A stretch of DNA of 64,000 nucleotides from Octopus bimaculoides (GCF_001194135.2 NC_068990.1:33464660-33528659), one strand, 5' to 3'. Positions 48,346 through 62,039 are shown, counted from the stretch's first letter. Numbers and translations: made by a program. Notes: generated from the letters alone by a model not told the origin.

Positions 48346-49077
48346 TTCTAATACTGCCACAAGTAACATATAATTACAGCCAGATGTCCTTTCTATAGTC
48401 AATCTCTCTACTCCTTGGTCTGATAACATTTTATCAGATCACCAGTACTACAGGATTAAAATGTCCTCCACTATATATTTGCTGGAAGGGTACAGCTCAG
48501 GAATGGTACTTTTTTCTATTCAATCTGAAATGAAAACCAAAGCTAGTACGACTACCGAGATGCTTCACATCCTAATTTTCTCAGTTGGGAAATTGCTGAA
48601 GCCGAGTTCTTCTATCAAGTTTTTCAGTAATAAACCAAACCGATAGATTTTATAACTGTCACAATAGTTAAAATCTGCTTGTATGTTCTAAGATGATTTC
48701 ACAGAAATTGTAAATAAACAAGGTATCCTAAAAACAACAACAACAAAAAAACGAATTAATGGAACAAAATGAAGTTATTCTATATCAGGACTGACTATCA
48801 CAGCAACAATATCAAATAATACTGAATGATCAACAAAGAGTCACCCACCATCACATTATAACCACTGATTTAGAGATTTTCTGTCTTTTCCCTATTAATT
48901 CTACCACAACTACAACATTCTCTGCTCCCCTTGACTTCATACTACCTTCATTCCTAATCAACTGGATGCTCCACTGGATATTTTGCCTTCATATCTACAA
49001 TCTCATATCATGCTAAATCACACTAAAAATCTCTGACTTTTCTTATGTCTGTCTGTTGATCTGCATTACAGGAAATT

Positions 49078-49291
49078 ATTCTACTCTAGACACAAGGCCT
49101 GAAATTTTGGGGAAGGGGGCCAGTCAATTAGATTGACCCCAGTAAGCAACTGGTACTTGATATATTGACCCCCAAAAGGTTGAAAGGCAAAGTTGACCTC
49201 GGCAGAATTTGAACTCAGAATGTAAAGACAGACGAAATACTGCTAAGCATTTCGCCCGGCTTGCTAATGTTTCTGCCAGCTCGCCACCTTT
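49078..49291 (-). mobile_element. SINE family A
   Basis: Near-consensus copy. Confidence 0.86.
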
Positions 49292-49509
49292 AAATTACAG
49301 GAAATTGAGAAAACATTAGCTAATCCTTCTTCAATGGATTTCTACCACCCACTGAAATTCCATCTCTACTTTTTTTTTTTTTTTTTTTTTTTTGGTTTTG
49401 TTCCACAGTTATCAACTTAAGCATCAACTTATACTGACCAGTGTGAGAAAAACCAATAAAATTCATGCATAAATAAGAAAACAATTTATAAAATTGAAAA
49501 TCAGTATTT

Positions 49510-49709
49510 ACTCTTATATATGTGTAGCAACAAGTGACAGCGATAGTAGGAGTACTTAAGTGCTCCCCACAGCATCACACACATCAAGATTATTCTAATT
49601 CCAGACATGCCATGGAAACTAAAATCTTCATATACTAAAGCATTTATGTTTAAACAATCTTGTGTCTTGAAAATATACTTTTGGAAGACAGAAGTTTCAT
49701 CTTTCATAC
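49510..49709 (-). CDS. Candidate ~200-nt exon (EPCMKDETSVFQKYIFKTQDCLNINALVYEDFSFHGMSGIRIILMCVMLWGALKYSYYRCHLLLHIYK); boundaries approximate
   Basis: Acceptor TTACTGATTCTCTGTGTAG, donor GTAAAT; single open frame, phase 2 to 1 (compatible with the 45175 exon). Confidence 0.35.
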
Positions 49710-49799
49710 AGGGTTCGCTACACAGAGAATCAGTAACAAGTATTAAACTTACACCAGTGTACAAGTTAGTTTACCAAATAGTGAGCAAATAGACATTAT

Positions 49800-49989
49800 C
49801 CCTTTAACATTTAATCCAGCCATATTCGGCTCAAATATTCTGACCAGATCCAACCTCTCACATCTACCCTACAAGGTCATTCTAAAAATATACAAACACA
49901 CAATTGAAATCTTGAAGCTACAAGATAAAGCATGGTTAATTCAAAACAATGTGAATACATTTAAAAAAGAAATTTGAATGCTTAAAGGG
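49800..49989. mobile_element. MITE with CCCTTT...AAAGGG ends (piggyBac-like termini)
   Basis: CCCTTTAACATTTAA / TTTGAATGCTTAAAGGG; TTAA-like flanks are degenerate; related to 30840-31038. Confidence 0.45.
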
Positions 49990-50484
49990 TATTCAAATAT
50001 AGTAGAATGTCACAAGTGAATTGTAACTAATGAAGACTAGTCTAAGATAAGTAGTGGCAGTAGTCATGTCAGGAAGCACTTTATGAATTGCAGGCATGGT
50101 TGTGTGGCTGGTAGTTGAGAGGATGCATGGCTGTGTGGCTTTATGGTTAAGAAGTTTATAGTGCAGGTATGGCCTGTATTAAGAAATTTGCTTGGCAACT
50201 ATGAAGTTTTGAGTTCATTCTCATTGAGCATCACTTTAGAGAAGTCATTTCTACTACAACCTTGGGACAGATGGAAACTGTGTGGAAGCCTGTTGTGAGA
50301 CTGCTAGTGTTCTTCAGTGGTTGTTACATTTAATATCATCACTGTCTTGTTCTTGGGAGCCTTTGACTGAGTCCAGCCTGTTGCAAGTATTTGGACAAGG
50401 TTTTGAGGCTGTAGATAATCTTCTCCCTACCTGCTACCAGTCTCAGGGACTTTGAAAATTCCTTAACAGGATTTGAACTTAGAA

Positions 50485-50717
50485 AGGCGGTGATCTGGCA
50501 GAAATGTTAGCATGCCGGGTGAAATAATTTTCGGTATTTTGTCTGCCGCTACGTTCTGAGTTCAAATTTCGCCGAGGTCGACTTTGGCTTTCATCCTTTC
50601 AGGGTCGATTAAATAAGTACCAGTTACACACTGGGATCGATATAATCAACTTAATCTGTTTGTTTGTCCTTGTTTGTCCCCTCTGTGTGTTGCCCCTTGT
50701 GGGCAGTCAAGAAATAA
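50485..50717 (+). mobile_element. SINE family A, young copy
   Basis: AAGGCGGTGATCTGGCAGAAATGTTAGCATGCCGGGTGAAAT...TTCGCCGAGGTCGACTTTGG. Confidence 0.88.
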
Positions 50718-51255
50718 GGATTTGAACTGAGAGCACAAAGAGCCTTAGCCAAATACCACAAGGCATTTTGTCCAATACTCTTCTGATTCTGCTGATCTAC
50801 AATATTGTTTTACCGAAAATGTTAACCACTAATTTTATTAACTGTTACATATTCTGGTATTTATGTATATCTATAAAACCTCATTTCCATTTAACAAATG
50901 TTTACCCACTGAGAAAATATATCAAAAATGGTACGTCATCAATATATACATGACTTATTGGTAATGGCAGCATTCTTTGCACGTAACTTTCCAGTGGTTA
51001 CTTCTATATATTTTCTCTCATCTGCATGTGTAGATTTCTCTTTTGCTTGTGTGCAATAGTGTACGTGAGTATATATTTGTAAATCAGTCAGTGTTTACAT
51101 GCGAATGTATGATGCCATGCTTCACTATTTGCTTATGTGTGAATGTATGTTGGTGTGGGTACATGTATGAATGTATGTATGTATGTATGAATGTGTGTAT
51201 GTGTGGGTATATACAGAAACACACATGCACACGTCTGTGTCTGTTCATAAAAGAA

Positions 51256-51307
<52 letters not shown>

Positions 51308-52230
51308 TATATATCCGTAAGTATGTACGTACAGAGATTATGAGTTGAATATAAATGTGTGTAGAGTAAAGTGTGTATAAACAAAGAGCATCCCACCCAC
51401 TTCCTTACCCAGCTTCCTATCCCATAAAACAAACAGAATCATCTATCTCAATATGCCATGCCATATTATCCAGCATACTCCGTTCTGTCAAACTGTTCAA
51501 CCAATAGGAAATAGACAGCACACCAAAAATACAACAGGAACTTTTACAATGTTCACATACTAATTTTCAATTGAAAATCTGTCAGAAGTGATTGACATTC
51601 CTGAGAAAACTTGGAAAATCACATTTTGAATTTAAATGTAAAAATACAAAGCACACGAGAGAAAAAAAAAAGAAGAAGAAAGAAACACAAAGAAAAAAGA
51701 AAGAAACACAAAAAAAAAAGTGAAACTATCACTGCTTAAACTCATATCTAGTCACTGTGTAAATGGCAGAACTGAAACAAAAAGAAAAAAGAAACATAAT
51801 AATAATAATAGTAGTAATAATAATAATAATAATGATGATAATAATGATAATAATAATATTAACAATAATAGATGATAGTAATGATAATGATAATAATAAT
51901 AGCATAAAGAAGCTGAAGAAGCATAAATAAGAAACACAAGGAGTGGAGTGATGATGATGATGATGACGATGACCGATTACGATGACGACGACAGTAATGA
52001 TGATGGAGCTGAGGAGGAAGATCGGCATTGTGATGGTAGTGAGGATGAGAGAGAGAGTGGATGCTGTTGGTAGTGGTAATATAATGTTCATAAACAAATA
52101 AATAAATACAAATGCCTAATTTTCAATTTTGAGCAAATTAAAAAGAATTTGAAGTGAAAAATCTAATTATATGATAACAAACAGGTTTTGTTGTAAGGTG
52201 TAGTATCACAGTTGCTGCTGTTGTTATTGC

Positions 52231-52265
<35 letters not shown>

Positions 52266-52767
52266 TGATTTTGTCTGCTCGATATTTATCTCTATGTTTT
52301 TGTTTGTGTTTGTAGCTGTCATAGAGAATGGAAGTGGAGGAGGTGGAGGAGGGGATGAAGAAGGGAGAGGTGCAGCTTCAGTAACAGCATGTGTGCATTG
52401 ATATCAATTGTTTATATTAGATATGTGCCATCAATTTTAGTCAGAAATAAACTGATTTCAGCTGTAATCCAATGATTTGTTGATCATCTTTGATGGTCTT
52501 GAACTGTCTACACCTGCCCCTCCCCTCAACCATCATACGCTACTGAAGATACAGAAGATACACTGTCTACCATACACTCACTACTCTTTTTTTCCACTAC
52601 CAACCACTACCGCATACATTCCTACGAATATACAGAGCTCTTTTTCTATTTGTGGTATATAGTTTTAGTCCCTTTAAAATTTACGGCAAGTACAATGCTC
52701 TCCCCCCCCCCATTACAGCTTAAGGGGTTTTTGTCTTGCAGTTTGTTTGGTGATCCTGTTGGTGCTG

Positions 52768-52892
52768 TTGCCACATAAAATGCACTGGTTACAGTACCAC
52801 ATATAAAGCACTGCTGCTGGTACCATGTAAAATGATACTGCTGCTGATGCCACATAAAATGCACTGGTGTTGATGCCACATAAATATTCACT
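52768..52892. repeat. ~24-27-bp minisatellite (TGCCACATAAAATGCACTGG-like, about 5 units)
   Basis: CCACATAAA(A)TGCACTG recurs at regular spacing. Confidence 0.75.
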
Positions 52893-53497
52893 GGCTAATT
52901 GTGATGCCAACGCCTGCTTTGGAGCTGTTATTCTATATATCGTTGGTGGTGAGATTAATCTCTGCTATCTCTAATGGTCAAGTGTCCATCATTGAGAAGA
53001 CCATAATCTAGTGGTCTCGACGTAGTAGGTGGCATGGATTTATCTCCCTACAAGTGACATAAATATTTTAAACTAAAAGCCAATATGAGAGTTTCTCTCA
53101 TAGTATCTACCGCAGTATAGTTTGTTCTAACAGAACATCCACGTTTTAAGTGGGGATATATATTACCTCTCAGTATTAATACTGCCTGTGTTGCTAATAA
53201 ATATATATATAATATATATCAATTTGGTATTGACTGTTGGAAAAAAATGAGTGCTCAGTGCCAAAGATGAGATTAGTAATATATTTTATTTTGGTCAAGT
53301 CAGTCTCTTGTTACTCTGTGTTTTGCCAGTGGGTTGCACAAGATTTTCGTGTAAGTTATAACTCAGATATGTCATGTCAAAACTTGCATGAAGGCTCTAT
53401 GCACCTGCAGGCAAAACTCAGTGCATATGTACACATGTGTGCATGCATGTGCATGCACATGCGCACGCACACACTCACACACACACACACACACACG

Positions 53498-53539
<42 letters not shown>

Positions 53540-54020
53540 GAAAGTAAGAAAATAGAGATATAGCATTTAATAAAAATTTATTATCTGCAAAAATCATTCT
53601 TCTGAATGATTATAAACTGTGGTTTGTATATAAATCGATTGTTTTATGCATATTATTATTCACAACAAATATTTGGTATTAAACCAGTAATTCATTAGAT
53701 GATACCATCTCTTAATGAGGCTAATTTAACCTATAATTGAATGTGGATATATATATATATATATATATATATATNNNNNNNNNNNNNNNNNNNNNNNNNN
53801 NNNNNNNNNNNNNNNNNNNNNNNNNNNNNNNNNNNNNNNNNNNNNNNNNNNNNNNNNNNNNNNNNNNNNNNNNNNNNNNNNNNNNNNNNNNNNNNNNNNN
53901 NNNNNNNNNNNNNNNNNNNNNNNNNNNNNNNNNNNNNNNNNNNNNNNNNNNNNNNNNNNNNNNNNNNNNNNNNNNNNNNNNNNNNNNNNNNNNNNNNNNN
54001 NNNNNNNNNNNNNNNNNNNN

Positions 54021-54059
<39 letters not shown>

Positions 54060-54471
54060 ACATATATATATATGTATATATATATGCACATGCATCATCA
54101 TCATCATTGTCATTGTTTTATGTCTGCTTTCCATGCTGATATGCATTGGATGGGTCATCACCATCTGAATTAGTTCTTATTTGGGAGTTTCTGTCCTTAT
54201 AGATGAGTATAGGCTCTTGTTAAGCTCAAATGTTTCATTTTAGCCTGTGGTAACACACTGCAGAAAGAATGGTCTAAACAGAACAGGAAGAGTCACATGG
54301 GATGGAGAATCACCGAAGAGGTCACAGGAGGTGTGACAAAAGATTTCAGACAAAGATACTAAAATAAGAACAATAATAATAAAGCTGAAGTGAAGAACAA
54401 GTATATAGTACATGAGGTTGAATGGAAAAAAGCAATGAATAGCCATCCCCAAATATAACAATATATATATA

Positions 54472-54516
<45 letters not shown>

Positions 54517-54686
54517 CTATCTATCTATCTACGTGCTAGGATGAGTGGTTGGGTTTTGTCCAGCACTAGCTATCACTACTTAACATTCAGAACAGCCTCC
54601 TTTGAAGCTAACCATGTCACCTTGTTAACAGAAGCCATAAACTACTTCTAGGAACACTTGCAAGTCCTATACTAGGACATTATACT

Positions 54687-54737
<51 letters not shown>

Positions 54738-55904
54738 AATATTTCCTCTGTTGCTACAATGCTAGAATTATCTGGCACAAACTCAATGCAACTAAGCACC
54801 AATATGATGCCGGTCTGATAGGCATTATTTTCTTCCAGTATTCATAAACTATTTACTATGTGGCCATTCAATTCCCCCACTATTTATCTAACCAGTTAAA
54901 GAAACTTAATATTGTGATTAGACGACAAGTTCTTAGACTGCATTATCCACCAATTCCAGGCTTGTACTAATGGCATTATGTATTTTAAAATTTATTAACA
55001 ATAATTTGAGATTATAGCTTTTAAATACCTAAATAAAATATAGCAAAGACAGTTAAGAATCTCTTAATGATATTACAACAGTGTGATCTTGAAATTTCAG
55101 AAGCAATATTAAGGATAACAAGTTGAGATGTTACAAGTAATAATATCATCGGTAATGTAAACATTAATAGAATAATAAAAATTAATGGGGGTGGGGTTGA
55201 GGAATAGTTTAGTCGTTGGACATATTGCAACATAATAGTCAACATCCATTTAGATATTTGGAATTACCCCTAGATGGACTTTTATAAGCGGATATTCTGA
55301 GCTGCAGAAAATAGATTAGTTGTCAACACACTTCCAGTGAGATATATTATTAATGTGGAGAATCAGATTACCATTTTCTGTCAGTTGTAAATATCAAAGT
55401 TTAAAAAGACAGTCAATGTGATAATGAGAATTTGCTGAATTCTAGCAGCACCCACACTTTCATTGACACCTCTCCCCCCTCCCACTCCCACTGAGTCAAC
55501 AACTATCTTTCCTCCTCACAACCATATGCCTCCCACTCTCCTCATGCACTGCACCTGCCTCTCTCATCCCTACAACCTGCCCAAACTTCATCCCACTCTC
55601 TTCTTGCTCATGTCTGCCTTTTCAGAATTAGTCGTCTGATGTCATCACTGTCAGTAATCTCCAACCTCCTCCTCCTCCTGATCACTCTAGCTCCAGTAAA
55701 TCACTCCTACCCTCTCTTCTAAAATGGGAGTAGTCATGTAGCTCCTCTACAGTAAAAAACAAACAAACAAACAAAACAACTTATTCTGCACTGGCTCCTT
55801 TTCTCAAACTTCTTCCTGTCTTTTACCTCTCATCTCCTAATAAAAAGGTGCCCCCTCTGGATTCATAATCTTGCAAACTGAATGGCAGCCTCACAAGTGT
55901 CAGT

Positions 55905-56085
55905 GACATGAAAAAAAAAAAAAAGGCACCCAATACGAACTGTAAAGGAGTTGGCATTAAGAAGGGCATCCAACTGTAGACAACATGCCACAGCAGTGAC
56001 TGAAACATGATGCAGCCCATAGACATGTTGGATTCTATCAACCCATTCATTCCATTCCAGCATGGAACATAGATGTTAAATGATG
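55905..56085 (+). mobile_element. Family C-like RTE-tailed fragment
   Basis: GTTGGCATTAAGAAGGGCATCCAACTGTAGA...CCAGCATGGAACATAGATGTTAAATGATG. Confidence 0.7.
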
Positions 56086-56250
56086 GAAGTTGGCAGATAT
56101 ATTAAGTTATGCAGAATGTAACAACTAACCCTATCCAAATGGAAAGGACACAGACATATGTATTTAAGGAGGAATACATCCTAATATTGATGAATTTCTT
56201 TATAGTTAAGTTTTTCAAACAAATCAGTTTTAAATATGAGAAAAATAATT

Positions 56251-56465
56251 AAGGTGATGAGCTGGCAGAATTATTAGCATGCAAGTAAAATGCTTAGCGG
56301 CATTTCATCTGTCTTTACATACTGAGTTCAAATGCCACCTAAGTTGACTTTACCTTTAATCCATTTAGAGTTGATAAAATAAGTATCATTTGAGCATTGG
56401 GATCAAAGTAATTAAGTAGCTCACTTCTCTGAAATTGCTAACCTTGTACCAAAATTTGAAATCAA
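56251..56465 (+). mobile_element. SINE family A
   Basis: AAGGTGATGAGCTGGCAGAATTATTAGCA head. Confidence 0.8.
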
Positions 56466-57111
56466 TATGAGAAAAATAATTAACATTATAGTAAGAGTCA
56501 TAGCAATTGTTTGTAGAAATGTCTTGGAGAGGTTGGTCAAAGATATCTAACAGTAAATGATCTATTAGAAATGCAAAGCAAAGTAGTGGGAAAAGAGCAA
56601 GGAACAAGATGAAGACACCAATTTAAAAAGTTATTCTTGAGAAATCTTCAACTGTATCAAGAGATTCAGTAAGGAAGAAAAAGGAATGCCAAGAGTTTTA
56701 TATGAAAACAAATAATGTTGCTTTATTTGGTAAAGTCAAATAATACTGCTTATTTTGTATGATCAAGTAAGGAAGGTCAGACTAGTCAAGTATTTTTAGA
56801 GAAATTCTTAGTTTGCCAATATTTCAATGTCAAACATGTCCGAAAAACATTAGCAAAAAAAAAAAAAAGAAATAATTGGCAAATGAGTTCAAATTCAACA
56901 TATTTTTTTTATTTCTTTTTACTATAGGTAGAAGACCTGAAATTTTAGGGAAGGTCTCTAGTCAATTACTTCAAGCCCAGAACTAGACTGGTACTTATTT
57001 TATCAACCCCACAAGAACTTGAACTCAAATCATAAAGTCAAAAGAAATACCATTTTGTATCTTCTCCAGTGCACTTATAGTTCCAGCAGTTCAAATACAA
57101 TATATCATTTT

Positions 57112-57323
57112 TCTTTCTACTCTAGGCACAAGGCCCGAAATTTTTGGGGAGTGAGAGGGGGCAGTCATTTAGATCAAACCAGTACACAATTAGTACTTAA
57201 TTTATTGACCCTGAAAGGATGAAAGGGGAAGTCGACCTTGGTGGAATTTGAACTCAGAATATAAAGGTAGATGAAATACCGCTAAGCGTTTCACCCAGCA
57301 TGCTTCTGCTGGCTCGCCACCTT
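57112..57323 (-). mobile_element. SINE family A
   Basis: Collinear; a partial copy also lies at about 56915-57030. Confidence 0.82.
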
Positions 57324-57827
57324 ACAAATACAATATATTACAGCAGATAAGACACAAATAAAAACAAAATGTATCAAAACAGTTTAAGAACCCAAATCTT
57401 GCAGTCAACCATAAATTTTCAGGAATTCTATGTTGGAAGACGTATCATGTAAAGAGTAGGTCACTTCAACTATCATGAGTCAAATTCTAATTAATTTTAA
57501 TTTACCCTGAAGAACTGGTTGGTCTCTTTAACTCCTATGTAGAAGATTAGTTGGTACTAAGAATACTGTCTCTAATTTATGCAATCCATCTTTAGAATGT
57601 ATCCAGGAATGCAACGAGTGTTAAATCTTTGGATATCTATATGACCTCAAACTGGATAAAAGTTGTTCATCTACAGAAGTATATTTACAGTGGTTATGTC
57701 CCCGAATTTGCACATGATCCCTGAGTGGGTTAAAACTATCCCACTTTAGAATATACATTCACAGTTGTTATATCTTTGAATACTCTTTTATTCTTTCACT
57801 TGTTTCAGTCATTTGACGGTGGCCAGG

Positions 57828-58400
57828 TTACAGGTTTACCATCCTTTGGAATTCTTCTGCCATGGACTGTAAGGTTAGATCGTGGTTCGCTTGTTCCAAT
57901 TTAGAAAGAATTCTTGCCAAAATTTCTATATCTTCACTTGCTGTAAGGCCTTGTATGAAAATAAGACACTTGAACATTTCAGGTGCAAGTTCTTTGAGTT
58001 TAAAACTTTCACATGTCTTGTTGACTGTTCCTGCATATGTGATAAAATCATCATTCTCATTTTTTGTTATAGTCCAACACTCCATTCAAGTGTTAAATAG
58101 AGAAGTTTTATCACCGAATATGTTAGACTGTAATTCTTTTGTTTCTTTAAGACAAATTGCATTGGGTTTTTGGGGCGATATGAAATTACAGTAATGTTCA
58201 GGCTCTAATGGAGCTAAGTTTTTTGCAATAACAATCTCATTTTTTGTTCATCTGACCATGTATTGCAATCTTGGTTAAAAATCTCCTCATACCTTCTGTA
58301 GTACAATGCAAAAGTTATATCTGCCTCTGGGTAATAACTGAATTCATTAATCAAGTTCGAAATGCTGTCTGGTGGAAACAAACTTACCTCATTTTGGACT
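57828..58400 (-). pseudogene. Ty3/Gypsy (K02A2.6-like) gag remnant
   Basis: NEFSYYPEADITFALYYRRYEEIFNQDCNTWSDEQKMRLLLQK / CNFISPQKP...IFGDKTSLFNT*MECW...DFITYAGTVNKTCESFKL...FKCLIFIQGL...LTLQSMAEEFQRMVNL; one frameshift and one stop. Confidence 0.85.
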
Positions 58401-58582
58401 TCTTTGAATAGAGTTCCAATAATTGTTGTTGTAGTTGTTGCTGTAATAGTTGCTTCTGCAACTCTTGTTGCTGTTCTTGTTGTTGTTTTTGCAACTGTAC
58501 TATGGAAGCTAATAGGTCTTCCATTTATTTAACAAGTTGCATCACGAACAAATTGTTAAATAACCTACATGAGCTTCAAAAA

Positions 58583-58593
58583 CCTCATCGCCA
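58583..58593 (-). other. Primer-binding site of the LTR element
   Basis: TGGCGATGAGG, 2 nt after the LTR end; 10/11 complementary to the recalled 3' end of tRNA-Ser(GCU), CCUCGUCGCCA. Confidence 0.7.
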
Positions 58594-58595
58594 GA

Positions 58596-58853
58596 TGTCG
58601 TAACATAATTTGTTATGTACAATAAATAAGATAACCAGATAACAGTAAAAACAATGTAATGAACTAACAAATCTCTTTATAAGCCAACAATCAATATTGC
58701 TTGTGAACTAACCAACTGACACCTTCTGACTTCACTGCAAACTAACACAAACTCTGAACGCTGAACTCTTGAACACACCCAGATCATTACTATTTGTACT
58801 TTACTAGGACCAGACTATCTCTCACAAGGGCCGTTGTAACTCTCACCATAACA
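58596..58853 (-). mobile_element. 5' LTR (258 bp, TGT...ACA) of the Gypsy remnant
   Basis: Minus strand starts TGTTATGG and ends GTTACGACA right before the PBS; the start is inferred from the TGT motif only. Confidence 0.65.
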
Positions 58854-59113
58854 TTAATGCACATAAATGAAAACATATACTCTAACAAAGACCATAATCG
58901 TCCAAAAAGTGCCAATCGAGAATACTGACGCATCAGTTTCAGCAATTTCTGTCACCTCATCAGTTAAGCCAACTTGTTTTCAATTCTTTCTAGACTCACT
59001 TCACCATTAGTAAATTGCTGAAATTGATGTGTCAATATTAAGAATTCTCAATTGGCTCTTTTCGAAAGATTATGGTTCCTGTTAGTATATATGTTTTCAT
59101 TCATGTGCATTAA
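58854..59113. repeat. Inverted repeat, 95/102-bp arms with 63-bp spacer
   Basis: 58854-58948 pairs with 59012-59113 (7-bp insertion in the right arm, scattered substitutions). Confidence 0.85.
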
Positions 59114-59209
59114 CTACAGCATTAGAGCATTTTAGCTCTTATTTCTAGCAATGTAGGTGTTGTCTAACACCCTAGGTGCATTTAGTGACATTTGTGCATA
59201 TATATATAA

Positions 59210-59243
<34 letters not shown>

Positions 59244-59340
59244 NNNNNNNNNNNNNNNNNNNNNNNNNNNNNNNNNNNNNNNNNNNNNNNNNNNNNNNNN
59301 NNNNNNNNNNNNNNNNNNNNNNNNNNNNNNNNNNNNNNNN

Positions 59341-59530
59341 CCCCCCCCCCATTTCTTAACGACCGATGTTGGACTGTTTACATCCCTGAAACTTAGTGGT
59401 TTGGCAAAAGAGACTGATAGAGTAATTACTAGGATTACAAAGAATAAGTCCTGGGGTTGATTTCTTTGACTAAAGGCGATGCTCCAGCATGGTCGCAGTC
59501 AAATGACTGAAACAAGTAAAAGAGTAACAG
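59341..59530 (+). mobile_element. SINE family B 3' half after a gap
   Basis: GCAAAAGAGACTGATAGAGTAATTACTAGG...GACTGAAACAAGTAAAAGAG. Confidence 0.82.
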
Positions 59531-59951
59531 AATAAAAGTATATATATATATACATACACACACCCACAAACACAAATGGGATTTTTTCGACTTCTGTCTC
59601 CTAAATCCAGTCATAAGGATTTAGTTAACTTAGGGGCAATATATGAAGACCCTTCACAAAAATTGCCAGGCTGTGACAGAGAACCTGAAACTATTTGGTT
59701 GGAAAGCAAACCTCTTAACCATACAGCCAGTCATAATGATGATGATGAGGAAGAGGAGGAACAGGAGGAGGAGGAGAAAGGGTGGCAGGAATAAAAGCAT
59801 TGATCATGCAAGCTTATTATTTCTGAGTTTTAACTCTGTTATATTCAGCATTTATCACACTAATGCTGAATACCTAGGTATCAGTAATACACTGGTGTAC
59901 AGTCAAGTAAGTATATCAATTTCCATTTGGCTTTTAGTTATGGAAAACTAA

Positions 59952-59998
59952 ATTGTTTTCCATAACAAAATTGTTTTCCATAACAAAATTGTTTTCCC
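59952..59998. repeat. 18-bp tandem repeat x2.6 (ATTGTTTTCCATAACAAA)
   Basis: Directly visible. Confidence 0.85.
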
Positions 59999-60149
59999 TT
60001 CTCCTCCCCCCTCTCCCTCCCTCATCTGCAACATTATTAAGTTGAACTTACGACAAATGTATTGAGAATATGAAATATGGAAATGTCAACTGAAAGACTT
60101 TCAACCAAGGTTTCCGTATTCACATAATTGGTTGGAGTTCAATATTTTC

Positions 60150-60272
60150 ATGTGTGTGTGGGAGTGAGTGTGTGTGTGTGAGTGTGTGTGTGTGGGAGTG
60201 TGTGTGTGTGGGAGTGTGTGTGTTTGTATATGTGTTGTGTTTGTATATATGACAAGTGTGTGTGAGTATGTA

Positions 60273-60334
<62 letters not shown>

Positions 60335-60422
60335 TGCATGTATGTATATATATACATATATGTTTATATATATCTATGTGTGTGCATGTGTGTATATATA
60401 TATATATATGCATGCAAATATA

Positions 60423-60462
<40 letters not shown>

Positions 60463-60660
60463 AATATATATGTAGATATATATACATATATATATATGTA
60501 GATATACATAAATATATATATATGTAGATATACATAAATATATAAATACATGAGTGCATATATGACACACACACACATACATACATATATATATATATAG
60601 ATAGATAGATAGGTAGAGATATACAAATACATACACATGCAGACACACATATACATTAAT
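60150..60660. repeat. Long compound (TG)/(TA)/(CA) microsatellite
   Basis: Directly visible; source of many YI/CV ORFs. Confidence 0.95.
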
Positions 60661-61933
60661 ATTCTCAAGTATTATGACCCAACTATCCGTACACTAGCAC
60701 CCACCACCCACCATCATCCCCCATCCAGCAATACAACAATTTACTATGTAAACTTAATTCCAGGATATTTTCAGTGTTGCAAGTGTGTTCCATACCATAA
60801 AACTCCATGAAGTGAATCAATAAAGTATTTTCAGTAAAACTGCTATTGCACAGCATCAAGTAAATTGAAATTATCAAACAGTAATGCAAGACTAAGCAAG
60901 CTCCAATATTTTGGCTCGGAATATCTGTTTTGGCACATAGTCTTTATGCTAAGAGATGATTTGCCAGAAATACACAGCCTTAATACATTTTACTAAATGC
61001 ATACTGTTTGCTAAACATATTAGAAAATTTGTACTATAAATTTTAAAAGGCAGGAAATTTAATAAATTTCAGAATTAAGTAGTTTAGATTTTGAAATCAT
61101 TACTCTAAATTAGTTGAATTGTATTCTAGTGAGCAGAAAGCATGTTATTGGAAATGTTAAGCCAGAGAATTACTCAAAAATCTTCTCAACATTGAAAATA
61201 TGCTTCAGATAACATTTTGCTCTCAAGCAATATTTCTTTTTAATTAAATATTTCCCTTCGCAAACATTAAACAAGAAAATAAAGAACTAAAAGGAAATGA
61301 GAAAGGAGAAAAACAAAAGTAAAGAAGAAAGAAGTAAGCCTTATAGCAAATTCTAAATCCAAACAGTAGAAATATTGTATTTCCATTCCAAATCTGGTTC
61401 TTTGTTTTGTTATTCTTGTTGTTGATTCTGTCTTTTCCACACTTCTGCTCTCCAATTTGTGACAACTGGCCAAACAATATTTCTGCTGAAATATTTCTCC
61501 ATCAATGAAGGAAGCAATATGAAAATGCTAAAGATGTTTAACGGTGGTTTACTAGAACATCATAAGACGGTTACTTCTCTCAGAGACATTAAATTACATA
61601 TGCTGGTCATAATATATATCACTTTTATTCATGTATATATATATATATTACTATCAAAAGCGAAAGTGGTTGGTATAAGATGGGCATCCAACCATACAAA
61701 CTAAGCCAAAAATGGAACGGGCAAGTGAATCATGGTCTTCTAACTCAGCTAGAAAAACAAGAACTTTGAATAAGAACTAACATAGACTGTGCCAAGCTGT
61801 CCAACCCATATCATCATCATCATGATGATCTTCTTCTTCTTCTTCCTCTCCTTCCTCCTTCTCCTTCTTTTTCCTCTCCTCCTTCTTCTTCCTCTCCTTC
61901 TCCTCCTCCTCCTTCTTCTTTATACCCTACTAC

Positions 61934-61974
61934 CTGGCAACCGGACGGGACAGCTGTCCTCTTAACCAATACAT
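61934..61974 (-). CDS. Candidate first coding exon (MYWLRGQLSRPVAR)
   Basis: GC/CpG-rich island, ATG at 61974, donor CAG/GTAGTA; speculative. Confidence 0.2.
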
Positions 61975-62039
61975 TGCTGTGGGAGCTGCTGGATGATGGA
62001 CTGTGGTGGTGATGATATTCCACGCTTTCCAATCTATGG

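Noticed and set aside
56500-56665. Strong pyrimidine-rich acceptor near 56660 and hydrophobic ORF 56386-56607
   Set aside because: All frames stop shortly after the acceptor; the ORF runs into a SINE
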